From: Planctomycetota bacterium
GTDB lineage: Bacteria > Planctomycetota > GCA-002687715 > DRQF01
NCBI GenBank assembly: GCA_036479435.1
Contig: JAZGFI010000099.1
Location: 28,569 to 92,568 of the forward strand
Direction: 5' to 3'
Length of the DNA stretch: 64,000 nucleotides
Positions 1 to 9,778 of the stretch are shown here, one piece after another. Position numbers and translations under genes: made by a program. How positions within the stretch are numbered: the stretch's first letter is position 1; every line of letters starts with the position of its first letter. Below the pieces are notes generated by a model that was given only the letters and a program-made list of their open reading frames with translations, was not told where the DNA came from and ran no database searches.

Positions 1-7
1 CCAATCG

Positions 8-634
8 ATGCAAACGACCAGCATCGCTCGCGACCGCGCCCGCAAGGCCATGAGCGACCTAAACCTCGCAGTTAAGGAAGAACTTGCTTCCTTGAAAAAA
101 GAGCTTGAGGCGCAAGCAGCGATCGACGCGGAGAACCGCGCCAATGAGCTGGGACTCACCAAGCCTCAGGATCGCCGTCGCGAAACCGTGCACGCGCAAA
201 CCAAAGCCCGCCGCAAACTCGAAGAGGAAAAGCGCAAGGTCTTGCCCAAGCACTTTCGCGCCTGGGTCAAAGAGGCGAATCTAAAACTCCACAAGACCCC
301 GTACTTCAAATTCGAAGCACAACGCCGTGACCGGACCGGCATGGCCGATGTCGAAGAGAGTCGCTTGCTTTTTTTGAGAAGCAGCTACTACGTCCGTTCG
401 CTGTCGACGGGAGACGTCACGGCGATCTTGCTCGAAGATCCCAGGACTCAGTCCTTCTTCATTGGACAACTCATTGACAAAAAAGACCCCGAACTTTCGA
501 CCATGGCTCCAATCGATTTGATGGAGGCGCGCGCGCGCCTGGCCCAACTCGAAGGAAGTCGATTCGGACGCCGCTGGCGCTACCCGGACACGGAACGCCG
601 CTTGGCTCTCAAAGTTCGCGGATACGGGAGATAA
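8..634 (+). CDS. Hypothetical protein, coiled-coil rich, probably truncated at the window start
   Basis: 208-aa ORF whose frame stays open to the window edge; it ends 6 nt before the next same-strand gene. Confidence 0.6.
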   Translation: MQTTSIARDRARKAMSDLNLAVKEELASLKKELEAQAAIDAENRANELGLTKPQDRRRETVHAQTKARRKLEEEKRKVLPKHFRAWVKEANLKLHKTPYFKFEAQRRDRTGMADVEESRLLFLRSSYYVRSLSTGDVTAILLEDPRTQSFFIGQLIDKKDPELSTMAPIDLMEARARLAQLEGSRFGRRWRYPDTERRLALKVRGYGR

Positions 635-640
635 TTAGAC

Positions 641-1636
641 ATGCTTGCTGCCATCATCTTTTGCACGCTCGCGTGCGCTACGACTCCCCAAATTCATGAA
701 GCTCTGCCGGCGACGGCAGTGTCGACCTCGCCAGCGCGTTTGGACGAGCAATCGGCCTGGACTGCGTTGAATGCGATCATGCAGTCACATGCTTATCCCG
801 AGCGTGGCCCGATGAATCGCCAACCCTTGCCTGACTACAGCGAGCAGCAACAAGCTCTCGCGGCCTTGTTGCCCAAAGTCGCGGGCACGAGCGCCGAGCC
901 TCACCTGATATTCCATCTGGCGTCGACGCTCTACCAACTCGATCGTTTTGCCGACGCGCTCGCGCAATTTTCGGCGACCAAAGAGAAATTCCCCAAGCAT
1001 GGACTATGTGTCCTGCGCGATTTGGCCGACGAGAAAAGCCTTAGCTTGGTGAACAAAGGTATCTCCGACTGCCTGCGAGAAATCGAGATTCGCAAAAACT
1101 ATGAGGTCAAGACGCTCCCGGTGGCGAAGCTCGACCCCAAAGCCAAAGCGGTGTTCCACACTTCATTGGGCGATTTCGAGATGATGTTTTTCAGCGAGGT
1201 CGCGCCGAAAACGGTTGCGAACATGAAAAAGCTCATCAAATCGGGCTATTACGGTGACACCTACATCCACCAAGTTCGCAGCCTCCGGCATTTCACGGCG
1301 GGCTGCCCCCGCACCAAGGAGAAGGAAGGTATCGACCGCAACGACGACGGCAGCGGCGGGCCTGGCTACGAATTGCCGCTGGAATTCTCAACGGCACTGC
1401 ACACCGCAAACTCGGTATCGATGTTGGCTTCGGCGGGCACCGGCCGCGCGAACGGCAGCCAGTTCGTGGTTTGCATCAACGCGCAGCCACAACTCAACCG
1501 CACGCAAGCGGTGTTCGCTCAGGTCATTTCGGGCATGGACGTGATCAAGAACATCACGAAGCAAGTCGCGGACGACAACGACAACCCTTACGAGCGAATC
1601 TGGATTCGAAGCGTCGAGTGGATTGAGAATCCCTAG
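641..1636 (+). CDS. Secreted TPR-like + cyclophilin-type PPIase domain protein (active site degenerate)
   Basis: Hydrophobic N-terminus; TPR-like segment; cyclophilin motifs TSLGDF, APKTVANM, GSGGPGY, NGSQF, VFAQVISGMDV. Confidence 0.85.
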   Translation: MLAAIIFCTLACATTPQIHEALPATAVSTSPARLDEQSAWTALNAIMQSHAYPERGPMNRQPLPDYSEQQQALAALLPKVAGTSAEPHLIFHLASTLYQLDRFADALAQFSATKEKFPKHGLCVLRDLADEKSLSLVNKGISDCLREIEIRKNYEVKTLPVAKLDPKAKAVFHTSLGDFEMMFFSEVAPKTVANMKKLIKSGYYGDTYIHQVRSLRHFTAGCPRTKEKEGIDRNDDGSGGPGYELPLEFSTALHTANSVSMLASAGTGRANGSQFVVCINAQPQLNRTQAVFAQVISGMDVIKNITKQVADDNDNPYERIWIRSVEWIENP

Positions 1637-2829
1637 TCAAAAATCGCCGATTGGCATTCAACGATAGACTGCATCCAAGCCGTCGCCTCCGTGGCGACGG
1701 CTTGTTTCATTTCGCCCAACCAATCGAGGTGGCTAGCCGAAGGGGCGCGGCTCAAGTCAGCGGCCAAGGACGCAGGAATCTCTCCGAGGGGCGACTTCGA
1801 CTCTTTGAGTCGTTTCCACAAATCGCGGGCCGCCTTCGACATTGCGGCGAGTTCACCTTGGTAGGCATCCGCGCGATTTATGAGCGCCCATTCGAGATTT
1901 GCCACGAGGCGGTCGGCCTGTTTGAATCGTTCTCGTTCGGCGGCCTCGATACCGCCAATGGCGGCCAATAGGAGCCGCTGCTCCCAGTCCGGAGACGAGT
2001 TTAGGGTCGACCGACCAAGGCGCACTTCGCGATACCAAGAGCGCAGAGCGCGAAGTTGCGCGATATACTGCCGGCAGGCGCGAAGTCTGCGATCCGCCCC
2101 TTTGACCACCATTGGATCGAAAGCCACTTTCTTAGACGGCAGACTTTCACCGTAAACCAGCAGATGGTCGGCATAGGAACGACGGTACACCGACCCTGCC
2201 GCCAAGACGGTTCCAAAGCCGATCGTTACCGGACCCACGACACCACCGGCCCCCCCGAGGAAAACGCGGTCTTCGCGCATCAAGACGCCGCGAGGCACAT
2301 CGCCAAACAAAGAGGCCGTCGCCTTGTCGCCACGGGCCCCAAAGGGCGTGAAATTGAAGTGAATGAAACCGCTCCCGACTTCACTGTGGTCCGCGCGCGA
2401 CCGGCCCCCCGTTATTAAACAATCACAAAAATTGACATTCGAGCCGAGGGTCGCAAAAGACAGCAGCAGGCTCTGCTTCAGGCCTACCGCGTGCCCGGTG
2501 GAAGCTCCTTCCTCCAGTAGACTAGCGCCCCTTACATGGGCCGCAGGCCCGAGCGAAGCCGCGTCCAAAAGAACCGCGTTCTCAACGCTGCCGCTCGCAA
2601 CTTTGACGCCGCGCCCCGTTGCGACGTTCTTCAGCACCACCGGCCCCTCGACGCCGAGATGGCAATCCGGCCCGAGGGTCGTGAGTTCGCCTTCTAGTCG
2701 AACGCCGGGTTCAAGGCGAGATCCAGGCTCGATACGGCCGAGGTCAATCGCTCGATCAACCCAAACCGATGCGGGATCGGGAAGTTGCAAGCCCCTTTTC
2801 AGGAGCGCGGAAGTGTCGTGATACTGCAT
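1633..2829 (-). CDS. GlmU-like left-handed beta-helix (hexapeptide) protein lacking the N-terminal uridyltransferase domain
   Basis: GLQLPDPASVWVD, LGPAAHVRGASLLEE, VGLKQS and SEVGSGFIHFNF resemble the GlmU acetyltransferase half. Confidence 0.7.
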   Translation of the reverse strand: MQYHDTSALLKRGLQLPDPASVWVDRAIDLGRIEPGSRLEPGVRLEGELTTLGPDCHLGVEGPVVLKNVATGRGVKVASGSVENAVLLDAASLGPAAHVRGASLLEEGASTGHAVGLKQSLLLSFATLGSNVNFCDCLITGGRSRADHSEVGSGFIHFNFTPFGARGDKATASLFGDVPRGVLMREDRVFLGGAGGVVGPVTIGFGTVLAAGSVYRRSYADHLLVYGESLPSKKVAFDPMVVKGADRRLRACRQYIAQLRALRSWYREVRLGRSTLNSSPDWEQRLLLAAIGGIEAAERERFKQADRLVANLEWALINRADAYQGELAAMSKAARDLWKRLKESKSPLGEIPASLAADLSRAPSASHLDWLGEMKQAVATEATAWMQSIVECQSAIFD

Positions 2830-3006
2830 GGTGGGCGCATCCTACCGCATGATAGGCACCCCGCACCCAGCCCCCTTCAACGGGCTTTTTCAGGTTTCGA
2901 ATCTCAGCAAGTGAAGCCCTGAGAGACATAAGCCACCGGCCCAAACCCAAAGCGGGCTGAGTTTTGGGGCGGATTTGGCCGATGAGCAGTTGGGAGTCAC
3001 TCCGTC

Positions 3007-4536
3007 ATGGATGCGATCGGAAACGAAGACAAGGCCCAGACCCGCCAGAAGCTTCAAGTTGCTTTGGAGCGTGGCTTGGGGTCCGCTTTTCGATTTGCTT
3101 CCGAAATCGACAGCGACCAGGTGGTCGAGATGATCCTTAGGACTTCTCGCCGCAAAGAGGTTTCTGCGCGGCCACAAGAGACTCCCCCCGCCGCTTGGTG
3201 GGTCGCTCTCGCGGACCACGTTGGCGGCCAGACTCTCCTTTGCGACCAAGCCCTCGCTGAGATCGACCAGAGCGAAGATCGAGAGGTCATTGACCGAAGT
3301 CTGAATCTCATTTTCCATTTCGCCCGCCGGGGTTCAGAGCCCGCACGCGATGCACTCTACCGGACTTTCGTTCGCCAGCAGTTCGACGACGCCTCCATCG
3401 GTGGCAATCAAATCATCGACCTCGATCGCTTCGACGGTTTTCTGTTTGCCACTGAGGTCATCGGTCAGCGACTTGTGCGCGAGATGGAATACGAATCGAC
3501 GGGGGCCTTGTTCAAGCACGCCGCGGCGCGACTGGATCGTGGGCAGCTCGAAAAACGCCTCGCGCGCCGCGCTCAACGAAGTGCCGAAGTTGACCTCTAT
3601 CGTGAACGTCTGATCGAGCTCGGCCTGATCTCCGATGAGAGCACCATGCCGATGGTTCCTCTTGAACTGCGAGCCTCGCGCGCGGAAGCGCGAGCGCTTA
3701 CCGATCGCGCCGAGGGCGCATCCGTCATTTGTGGGGCGCGCGTTCTCGCCGAACGCGGCCTGGATGTGGACGCGCCTTCGGTTCTCGCCAAAGACCTACC
3801 GCAGCTCTTCGACTTGAGCGACGGCAATCAGCTCGCCACGGCCTTGGTCGACGTCACGCGAGATTCGCCATTCCCTGAGTTTGCTCCCGCCTTGCAGTGG
3901 GCGGCCAATGCAACAAGCTCCGGCTCCGTTCGCCGCGAAGCCATCAAACGTCTGATTGCATGGAATGAGGCACCACGTCAACTCATCTCCGATGGACTGA
4001 GGGATGCTCACGCAGATGTTCGAAGTTTCGCTCGCGACCACTTAGTGCCCGCGCCGGGCCTGAAAGACCAACAGATCTATTGCCGGACGGATGACCGTGG
4101 GGGTCGCTTTTTTCATTTCAGCCGCTACCGGCTCGACCCCGGGGTCGCAGCACTTTGGTGCCAAGCTGAATGCCTCGAAAACGTCTTGGCGGCGGAGAAC
4201 ACGCAAACCCAACCGGACCGACCCTCTGGCCCCTTCGATGGTGGAACCGAGACCATCGAAGCCGTGGAATTCGCGCCCCGCATGATGATCCAAATGAGGG
4301 TGCACCTTGGCGATCTCATCGAGGAACCGAGCTTGCCGACGGTAAAGGTAAAGGACGCGGTGGAGATCCTCGAAGCCGCGGCAGGCTTTAGCTCCCAGGC
4401 CGTCGCCTATCGCCTCGTGCGCCCAATGCCGGTCCTCGAAACCGCGAACTACGTCTGCTTCCAGGATTTCCTCGTCCTCGACCCTAAGGGCGGACGCGTC
4501 GGTCGATTCCGCTTCGGCGCCCGCTATCTCGATTGA
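3007..4536 (+). CDS. Hypothetical protein with a HEAT-like repeat segment
   Basis: 509-aa ORF; VRREAIKRL and DGLRDAHADVRSFA are HEAT-like. Confidence 0.65.
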   Translation: MDAIGNEDKAQTRQKLQVALERGLGSAFRFASEIDSDQVVEMILRTSRRKEVSARPQETPPAAWWVALADHVGGQTLLCDQALAEIDQSEDREVIDRSLNLIFHFARRGSEPARDALYRTFVRQQFDDASIGGNQIIDLDRFDGFLFATEVIGQRLVREMEYESTGALFKHAAARLDRGQLEKRLARRAQRSAEVDLYRERLIELGLISDESTMPMVPLELRASRAEARALTDRAEGASVICGARVLAERGLDVDAPSVLAKDLPQLFDLSDGNQLATALVDVTRDSPFPEFAPALQWAANATSSGSVRREAIKRLIAWNEAPRQLISDGLRDAHADVRSFARDHLVPAPGLKDQQIYCRTDDRGGRFFHFSRYRLDPGVAALWCQAECLENVLAAENTQTQPDRPSGPFDGGTETIEAVEFAPRMMIQMRVHLGDLIEEPSLPTVKVKDAVEILEAAAGFSSQAVAYRLVRPMPVLETANYVCFQDFLVLDPKGGRVGRFRFGARYLD

Positions 4537-4561
4537 CTTAGGGGCGAGTTAACGGCCACCA

Positions 4562-5836
4562 TTACTCGGCCGCGAATTTGCGGATCTGTTGACTGAGGAG
4601 CCGGGACTGAAAGCCGCCGACGGGTTGCCCACCTTGTTCAATGAGGCGAATCTTCCCGGTCTTGTCGATCACGACCACACAGGGCACACCTCGAACTTCG
4701 TAAGCCTTGTGGTTGTCAAAATCCTTGGCGAGCCCGATAGGTATCCGAATCGGCTTCTCGAGCGACTTCCAAAGCCCCTCCTCTTCAGAACCGGCCACGA
4801 CTTTCGCCCTAAGCTCTTTTTGCAAGACGCGACGCGGGTTGGCGCGATACTGACTCAACCATTTGGCTTCGGCGGCGATGGTCCATTTGTTCTGACCCGC
4901 CTTGTAGGCTTTCGTCAGCCCCCAAAAAGTTACCGGGCGCCCCCGCAGTGACTGTTCCATGCCACTGAGGTTTTGGAGCATCAAGGTGCTCGGGATGTTG
5001 TTGTTCATGAAGAAGCACATCACGACCACGCGACCGCGATTGCGGGCGAGGCTGCTTCCGTTCGAGCCGATCCACTGCGCCATCCCCACCAAGGCCGGAG
5101 CCTGGGAGCCGATCAGCTCCAAAACCTTTGCCTTGCGTTGCAATTCAGGAGCTTCCTCCGCCTCGCTGCGCAAAGCCGCCAGACGCTTGCGCGCCTCTTT
5201 GTAGTCGCCCAAGTAAGTCAGGGCATCGATGACTTGAAGCGCGGCGTCAGCGGCAACCTCGTGCTCGGGGTGAGCGCGAAGCGTCTCGTCGTAGGCTTTG
5301 ACCGCTTCGGAAAACCTCAGATCCAAAAAGAACGCCGTCGCCAGCCCCAACCTGGCGTAGGGCAAGCGGTCACTCTTCGGATACTTGCTGAGGAACTTGC
5401 GATAAAGTGCCGCCGCTTCCCCCAGACGACTGAGCGAACGGTAGCAATCGCCAAGAAAAAGCTCCGCGGACTCGGCTTCTGCATGCAGCGGGGCACGGTC
5501 CAAGAACAGCCGAAAATGCTTCGCGGCATTCTGGGTGTCCTGAAGATCAATATAGGCGCGCCCGAGATCGAAATGACCAATCGTTATCCGCCCTCGGTTC
5601 CCCTCAAACTTCTTGACGAAGTCCAAAGCGGATTGTCGGTAGCCATCCATGCGAGTGCGACGCTGCTCATCACTCATCTCGCCATTCATGCGCGCGCGCG
5701 CATTCTCAACCGCGGCATAAGCCGCCCGAACCTCATTATCCAAAGTCGTGGACGCAACCTGGCCGGGCAATAAAGCGGCCGAAGAAAGGGAAAAAGCGAC
5801 GCCAAAAAAGACGGCAAGGGACAGCAATCGGGCCAT
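4562..5836 (-). CDS. Secreted TPR (BamD/CpoB-like) + TlpA-like thioredoxin-fold protein lacking CxxC
   Basis: Signal peptide from ATG 5836; TPR repeats (KFLSKYPKS, LRAHPEH); RGRVVVMCF...YEVRGVPCVVVIDKTGKIR. Confidence 0.8.
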   Translation of the reverse strand: MARLLSLAVFFGVAFSLSSAALLPGQVASTTLDNEVRAAYAAVENARARMNGEMSDEQRRTRMDGYRQSALDFVKKFEGNRGRITIGHFDLGRAYIDLQDTQNAAKHFRLFLDRAPLHAEAESAELFLGDCYRSLSRLGEAAALYRKFLSKYPKSDRLPYARLGLATAFFLDLRFSEAVKAYDETLRAHPEHEVAADAALQVIDALTYLGDYKEARKRLAALRSEAEEAPELQRKAKVLELIGSQAPALVGMAQWIGSNGSSLARNRGRVVVMCFFMNNNIPSTLMLQNLSGMEQSLRGRPVTFWGLTKAYKAGQNKWTIAAEAKWLSQYRANPRRVLQKELRAKVVAGSEEEGLWKSLEKPIRIPIGLAKDFDNHKAYEVRGVPCVVVIDKTGKIRLIEQGGQPVGGFQSRLLSQQIRKFAAE

Positions 5837-6049
5837 ATCGGAATTTCCTTGGCAGCCACAAGTCATCAACGTCAAGTCATTCTACGTCACCCAGCCGCCA
5901 CGTTGGCAAAAAACCCCCGATTTTCACCTGGGTCTGCGAGCTGAGCATGCAAACAGCCCGGGTGGTGTAGCTGGTCAGATCAGACCGCTGGATTCAGGAC
6001 TGCCGTCAACTACAATACGGCGAGCTTCTGTATGGGCGGAGGACCCGCG

Positions 6050-7264
6050 ATGACCCCAGTCGTGCTGAGTGATATGGAGCTCTTGGAGCTTCTTGGCGAC
6101 ATCGAGTCAGATCGTGCCGAGCGAAAAGAGAGCCTATCCGGAGATTCCGCCAAAAAAATCCGGCAGGCGATCTGTGCCTTCGCCAACGATCTTCCAGGTC
6201 ATGGACGCCCGGGAGTGATTTTTGTCGGCGCTCGTGATGATGGGACACCTTCTGAGCTGAGGATCACCGACAAACTGCTCTTGCAATTGGCCGACATGAA
6301 GAGCGACGGCAATATTGTCCCGCCACTCACGATGACGGTCGAGAAAAGACATCTGTCCTCTGCAGACATGGCGATCGTCACGATTGCTCCCTCAGATGCC
6401 CCGCCCGTGAGGTATCGCGGCCGAATCTGGATAAGCACCAGCCCTCGCCGCGACATCGCAACCGCCCAGGACGAGCGCATTCTCAATGAGCGGCGGCGCC
6501 ACGGCGATCTTCCGTTCGACGTAAAGCCGGTCAAGAGCGCCCAACTGGATGACCTAAGTCGAAAAATGTTTGAAGGAGAGTATCTACCTTCCGCGATCGC
6601 TCCCGATGTTCTCGACGCTAATGAGAGGACTTTCGAGCAGCGTTTGGCCGCAACCAAGATGATCGTCGGAGCGGAAGACCCCAGGCCCACGGTCTTGGGC
6701 GTCATCGTTCTTTCACCTCGCACGCGTGATTTCTTGCCGGATGCCTACCTACAGTTTCTGCGTATTCGGGGAAGCAAACTCAGTGATCCAGTAGCCGACG
6801 AACAGGCCATTGATGGCCCTCTATGCGACATCATTCGTCGCATCGATGAGAAGTTGGAGGCGCACAACGCCACATCGGTTGACTTCGTATCCGAAACTCG
6901 TGAAATCCGACGCAGCACCTATCCTAGGGGAGCCTTGCAACAAGTCATCCGAAACGCGGTTATGCATCGAAGCTACGAAGCGACCAACGCGCCCGTACGA
7001 ATTACCTGGTACGACGACCGCATCGAAGTTTGGAGTCCCGGCGGCCCTTTCGGTTCTGTGCGTTCGGAGACCTTCGGTCAACCCGGTGTCACGGACTATC
7101 GCAACCCCAATTTATCTGAAGCGATGAGGACGTTGGGATTCGTCCAACGTTTTGGAGTGGGGCTTGCCACGGCACAACACCTCCTCCATGAAAACGGAAA
7201 CCCAGCGCTTGAGTTCGATGTACAGGCCACCCACGTCGGCGTCACCCTGAGAGCACGCTCATGA
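6050..7264 (+). CDS. AlbA_2 (Schlafen-like) domain + HATPase_c_4 (RecG C-terminal-like) protein
   Basis: ESDRAERKES, ICAFAND, GVIFVGARDDG; NAVMHRSYE, DRIEVWSPGG, YRNPNLSEAM, VQRFGVGL; GGAGG before ATG 6050. Confidence 0.85.
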   Translation: MTPVVLSDMELLELLGDIESDRAERKESLSGDSAKKIRQAICAFANDLPGHGRPGVIFVGARDDGTPSELRITDKLLLQLADMKSDGNIVPPLTMTVEKRHLSSADMAIVTIAPSDAPPVRYRGRIWISTSPRRDIATAQDERILNERRRHGDLPFDVKPVKSAQLDDLSRKMFEGEYLPSAIAPDVLDANERTFEQRLAATKMIVGAEDPRPTVLGVIVLSPRTRDFLPDAYLQFLRIRGSKLSDPVADEQAIDGPLCDIIRRIDEKLEAHNATSVDFVSETREIRRSTYPRGALQQVIRNAVMHRSYEATNAPVRITWYDDRIEVWSPGGPFGSVRSETFGQPGVTDYRNPNLSEAMRTLGFVQRFGVGLATAQHLLHENGNPALEFDVQATHVGVTLRARS

Positions 7265-8242
7265 AGACGATCGCCTTTTTCAACATCAAGGGCGACGTAG
7301 GCAAGACCAGTCTGGTGTACCACCTAGCTTGCATGTATTCCGACCTTGGCTTGACGGTGATCGCCGCGGATCTAGATCCCCAAGCAAACCTAACGACCAT
7401 GTTCATGGACGAAGACCGATTCGATGGTCTTTGGCCCCCTGCCGAAACGGCTCACACCATCCTCGGGTCGATTCTGCCCTTACTAGAAGGGCGAGGGTGG
7501 CATCGAGGAGCCCTACATCGAAGACGTCAGAAACGTAGCGCTCTTGGCTGGCGACCTTGGTCTTTCGAGTTTTGAGGATGAGTTAAGTCAACAATGGTCC
7601 CGCGGTCTGGATGGTAAAAAGCGCGCGTTCCACGTGATGGGCGCGTTCCACGAACTCATTTCACGAGCGGCAAAATCTCGAGCGGCAGACTTGGTACTCA
7701 TTGATGTTGGCCCCAACCTTGGCGCGATCAATCGCTCAGCCCTCATCGCCGCGGATCATGTGGTCATACCGCTGGCGCCAGACCTTTTTTCGCTCAAGGG
7801 CCTCCAGAACCTCGGGCCACGACTACGTCAATGGAACGAGGGCTGGCGCGAGCGAATTGCCAAACGACCTCAAGGCATGGACCTTCCCAAAGGTGACATG
7901 AATCCCCTCGGATACATCGTGATGCAACATGCCGTTCGTCTTGACCGGCCAGTCAAGGCCTACCAGAAGTGGATGCAGCGTATGCCCAGTACTTATCGTG
8001 AGGCCGTTCTCGATGTACCGCAAGCGAGCCTTACTCTCGAAACAGATCCCCACTGCTTGGCCAGCCTCAAGCACTATCGAAGCTTGATGCCCTTGGCCCA
8101 GGAAGCGCGCAAGCCGATGTTCGATCTCAAGTCAGCTGACGGAGCCATCGGTGGCCATGCGGAAGCCGTGCAATCTTGTTACCGCGACTTTCGCACCTTG
8201 GCTCAAGAGATTGCAAGACGCGCAGGCGTCCCTTTCAAGTAA
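7261..8242 (+). pseudogene. ParA/Soj-family ATPase split by a +1 frameshift (or a sequencing error)
   Basis: ORF 7261-7575 carries NIKGDVGKT and DLDPQANLT; ORF 7544-8242 carries LIDVGPNLG. Removing one G from GGG 7489-7491 restores LEGEGGIEEPYIEDVRNVALLAGDLGL. Confidence 0.85.
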
Positions 8243-8261
8243 TTGCTTTTCTATCGGACTG

Positions 8262-9710
8262 CTACTGGGGCTTGGGGCGCCTTTGGAATTGCTGGGAGAA
8301 CTTATTGCGGAGGTACTTCATGCGTTCCGGGCGGGAGAGTTTGTCGTAGGTGGCGCGGTCGCTGGCGGAGAGCTTGGCTTCGAACTCTTGCATTTTTTGG
8401 CGGAAGCCCGGACCGGGGCCGCGACCGCCGCCTTTGCGGCCGCCGCGGTGGCGCATGCCGTGGGCGGCCATTTCGCGGAAGGTCTCGAGCGCTTTGGCGC
8501 CCTCTTTGGGACCGAGGCGTTTGATCAGCTCGGCGCGGATGTCTTCGGGCTTGCCCTTCCACGTGAGGTGGATGAACTTGCGCCAGTCGGCGCCCAGCTT
8601 TTTGCGGAGCGCCCTTGCGGAGGCGTGGCGCTTTTCTTGGGCGCCCCAGTCTTCATCGGGAAACTTCTTTTCTAGAAAGGCGCGGCGGTCCTTTCGGTTC
8701 ATCTGGCGTAGGGCTTCCATTTCTTGCGGGTTCAAGCGCTCGCGCATGTCTTTGCGCAAGCCGTAGCGTCCGCGATCGCGAAAGTGAATGCGTTCGAGGT
8801 CGCGCGCCAAGCGGTGGCGGTCGCGGCGGCCGAGTTTGCTCACGATGCTGAGCGACTTTTCGTTCAAAACTGCGAAGCCTTGCAAAGTGTTGGTCTTCGC
8901 GCCGATTCGAAGAGCGACGAGGAATTCGCGGCGGCGATTGCGATCTAGTCGACGCAGACTGTCGATTTCAGACTTGGAGAGAACCGAACTCAGGCGAAAC
9001 TTGCGCACTGCCTTGTCGTGCCAAAACTCGTCGGTGCCGAGGGCTCTTAGGCGCTCGCTTTCTTTTTCACCGATGACGTCACCGTAGGCCTGCAGAAAAA
9101 CCCGGCGATTGAGTTCACGGGCAAAGCGTACTTTTTCTTTGGAGCTTCCGGCCTCGGCATTGGCAGCTTCTTCAAGTGAGATAATCTCGTGACGTTTCGC
9201 GTTTTGAATTGCCTTGTCGAGAAGGTGATCGGCGCGGGCCTGGGCGAGGCGTTTCTCGAGCGCCTGGCCCTTCAGGCCTTTCAGCTGGGCTTGGGTTTTC
9301 GGGTCGAGCTTGCGGATGTAGTGCTCACGCATCCGCGCGTGCGCCGATTCCCAGTGGCTGACGACTTTGCGAACGCGCTCCGCCCCGCTGCCTTTTGCCA
9401 ATTGCCGCAGCTCGTCAATGGAAGCGAATCGCGCAACTTGCCAGGCCATGCGGCGGAAGTTGCGCTCGGCCTTGTCGCCTTTTTCACCTTCGGGGCGCAA
9501 AGCCTTGAAACTGGAGATCAGCGACTTCCGAGTGCCGTCGCGCTCTTGCCGCTCTTTGGGGTTGGCGGGCGTACGTCTCTGGGGCCCGCGAGCGTAGCGC
9601 CCCGAACCCCAACCTTGCGCCGACGCCGTGGCCGGGAAGGCCAAGGTCAAGATCGTGGCTGTTAGAACCAAGGTCAAAATCGTCATCAGGTAGAGCGTTT
9701 TCGGCAACAT
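8262..9710 (-). CDS. Secreted Arg/Lys-rich helical protein, third gene of the ECF operon
   Basis: Signal peptide ending ASA-Q; repeated helical units such as LNPQEMEALRQM and YDKLSRPERMKYL; start uncertain (9710 or 9737). Confidence 0.65.
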   Translation of the reverse strand: MLPKTLYLMTILTLVLTATILTLAFPATASAQGWGSGRYARGPQRRTPANPKERQERDGTRKSLISSFKALRPEGEKGDKAERNFRRMAWQVARFASIDELRQLAKGSGAERVRKVVSHWESAHARMREHYIRKLDPKTQAQLKGLKGQALEKRLAQARADHLLDKAIQNAKRHEIISLEEAANAEAGSSKEKVRFARELNRRVFLQAYGDVIGEKESERLRALGTDEFWHDKAVRKFRLSSVLSKSEIDSLRRLDRNRRREFLVALRIGAKTNTLQGFAVLNEKSLSIVSKLGRRDRHRLARDLERIHFRDRGRYGLRKDMRERLNPQEMEALRQMNRKDRRAFLEKKFPDEDWGAQEKRHASARALRKKLGADWRKFIHLTWKGKPEDIRAELIKRLGPKEGAKALETFREMAAHGMRHRGGRKGGGRGPGPGFRQKMQEFEAKLSASDRATYDKLSRPERMKYLRNKFSQQFQRRPKPQ

Positions 9711-9778
9711 CGTCAAGCGAACCTTTTTGCGAACCATCGAACATAGGGCCAATGCCTGCGTCAGATCAGGTATAGCGA

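Noticed and set aside
5956..6010. GCCCGGGTGGTGTAGCTGGTCAGA resembles a tRNA 5' half next to the AlbA_2 module
   Set aside because: There is no T-arm (GTTCRA) and no matching acceptor strand, so no cloverleaf can be built.
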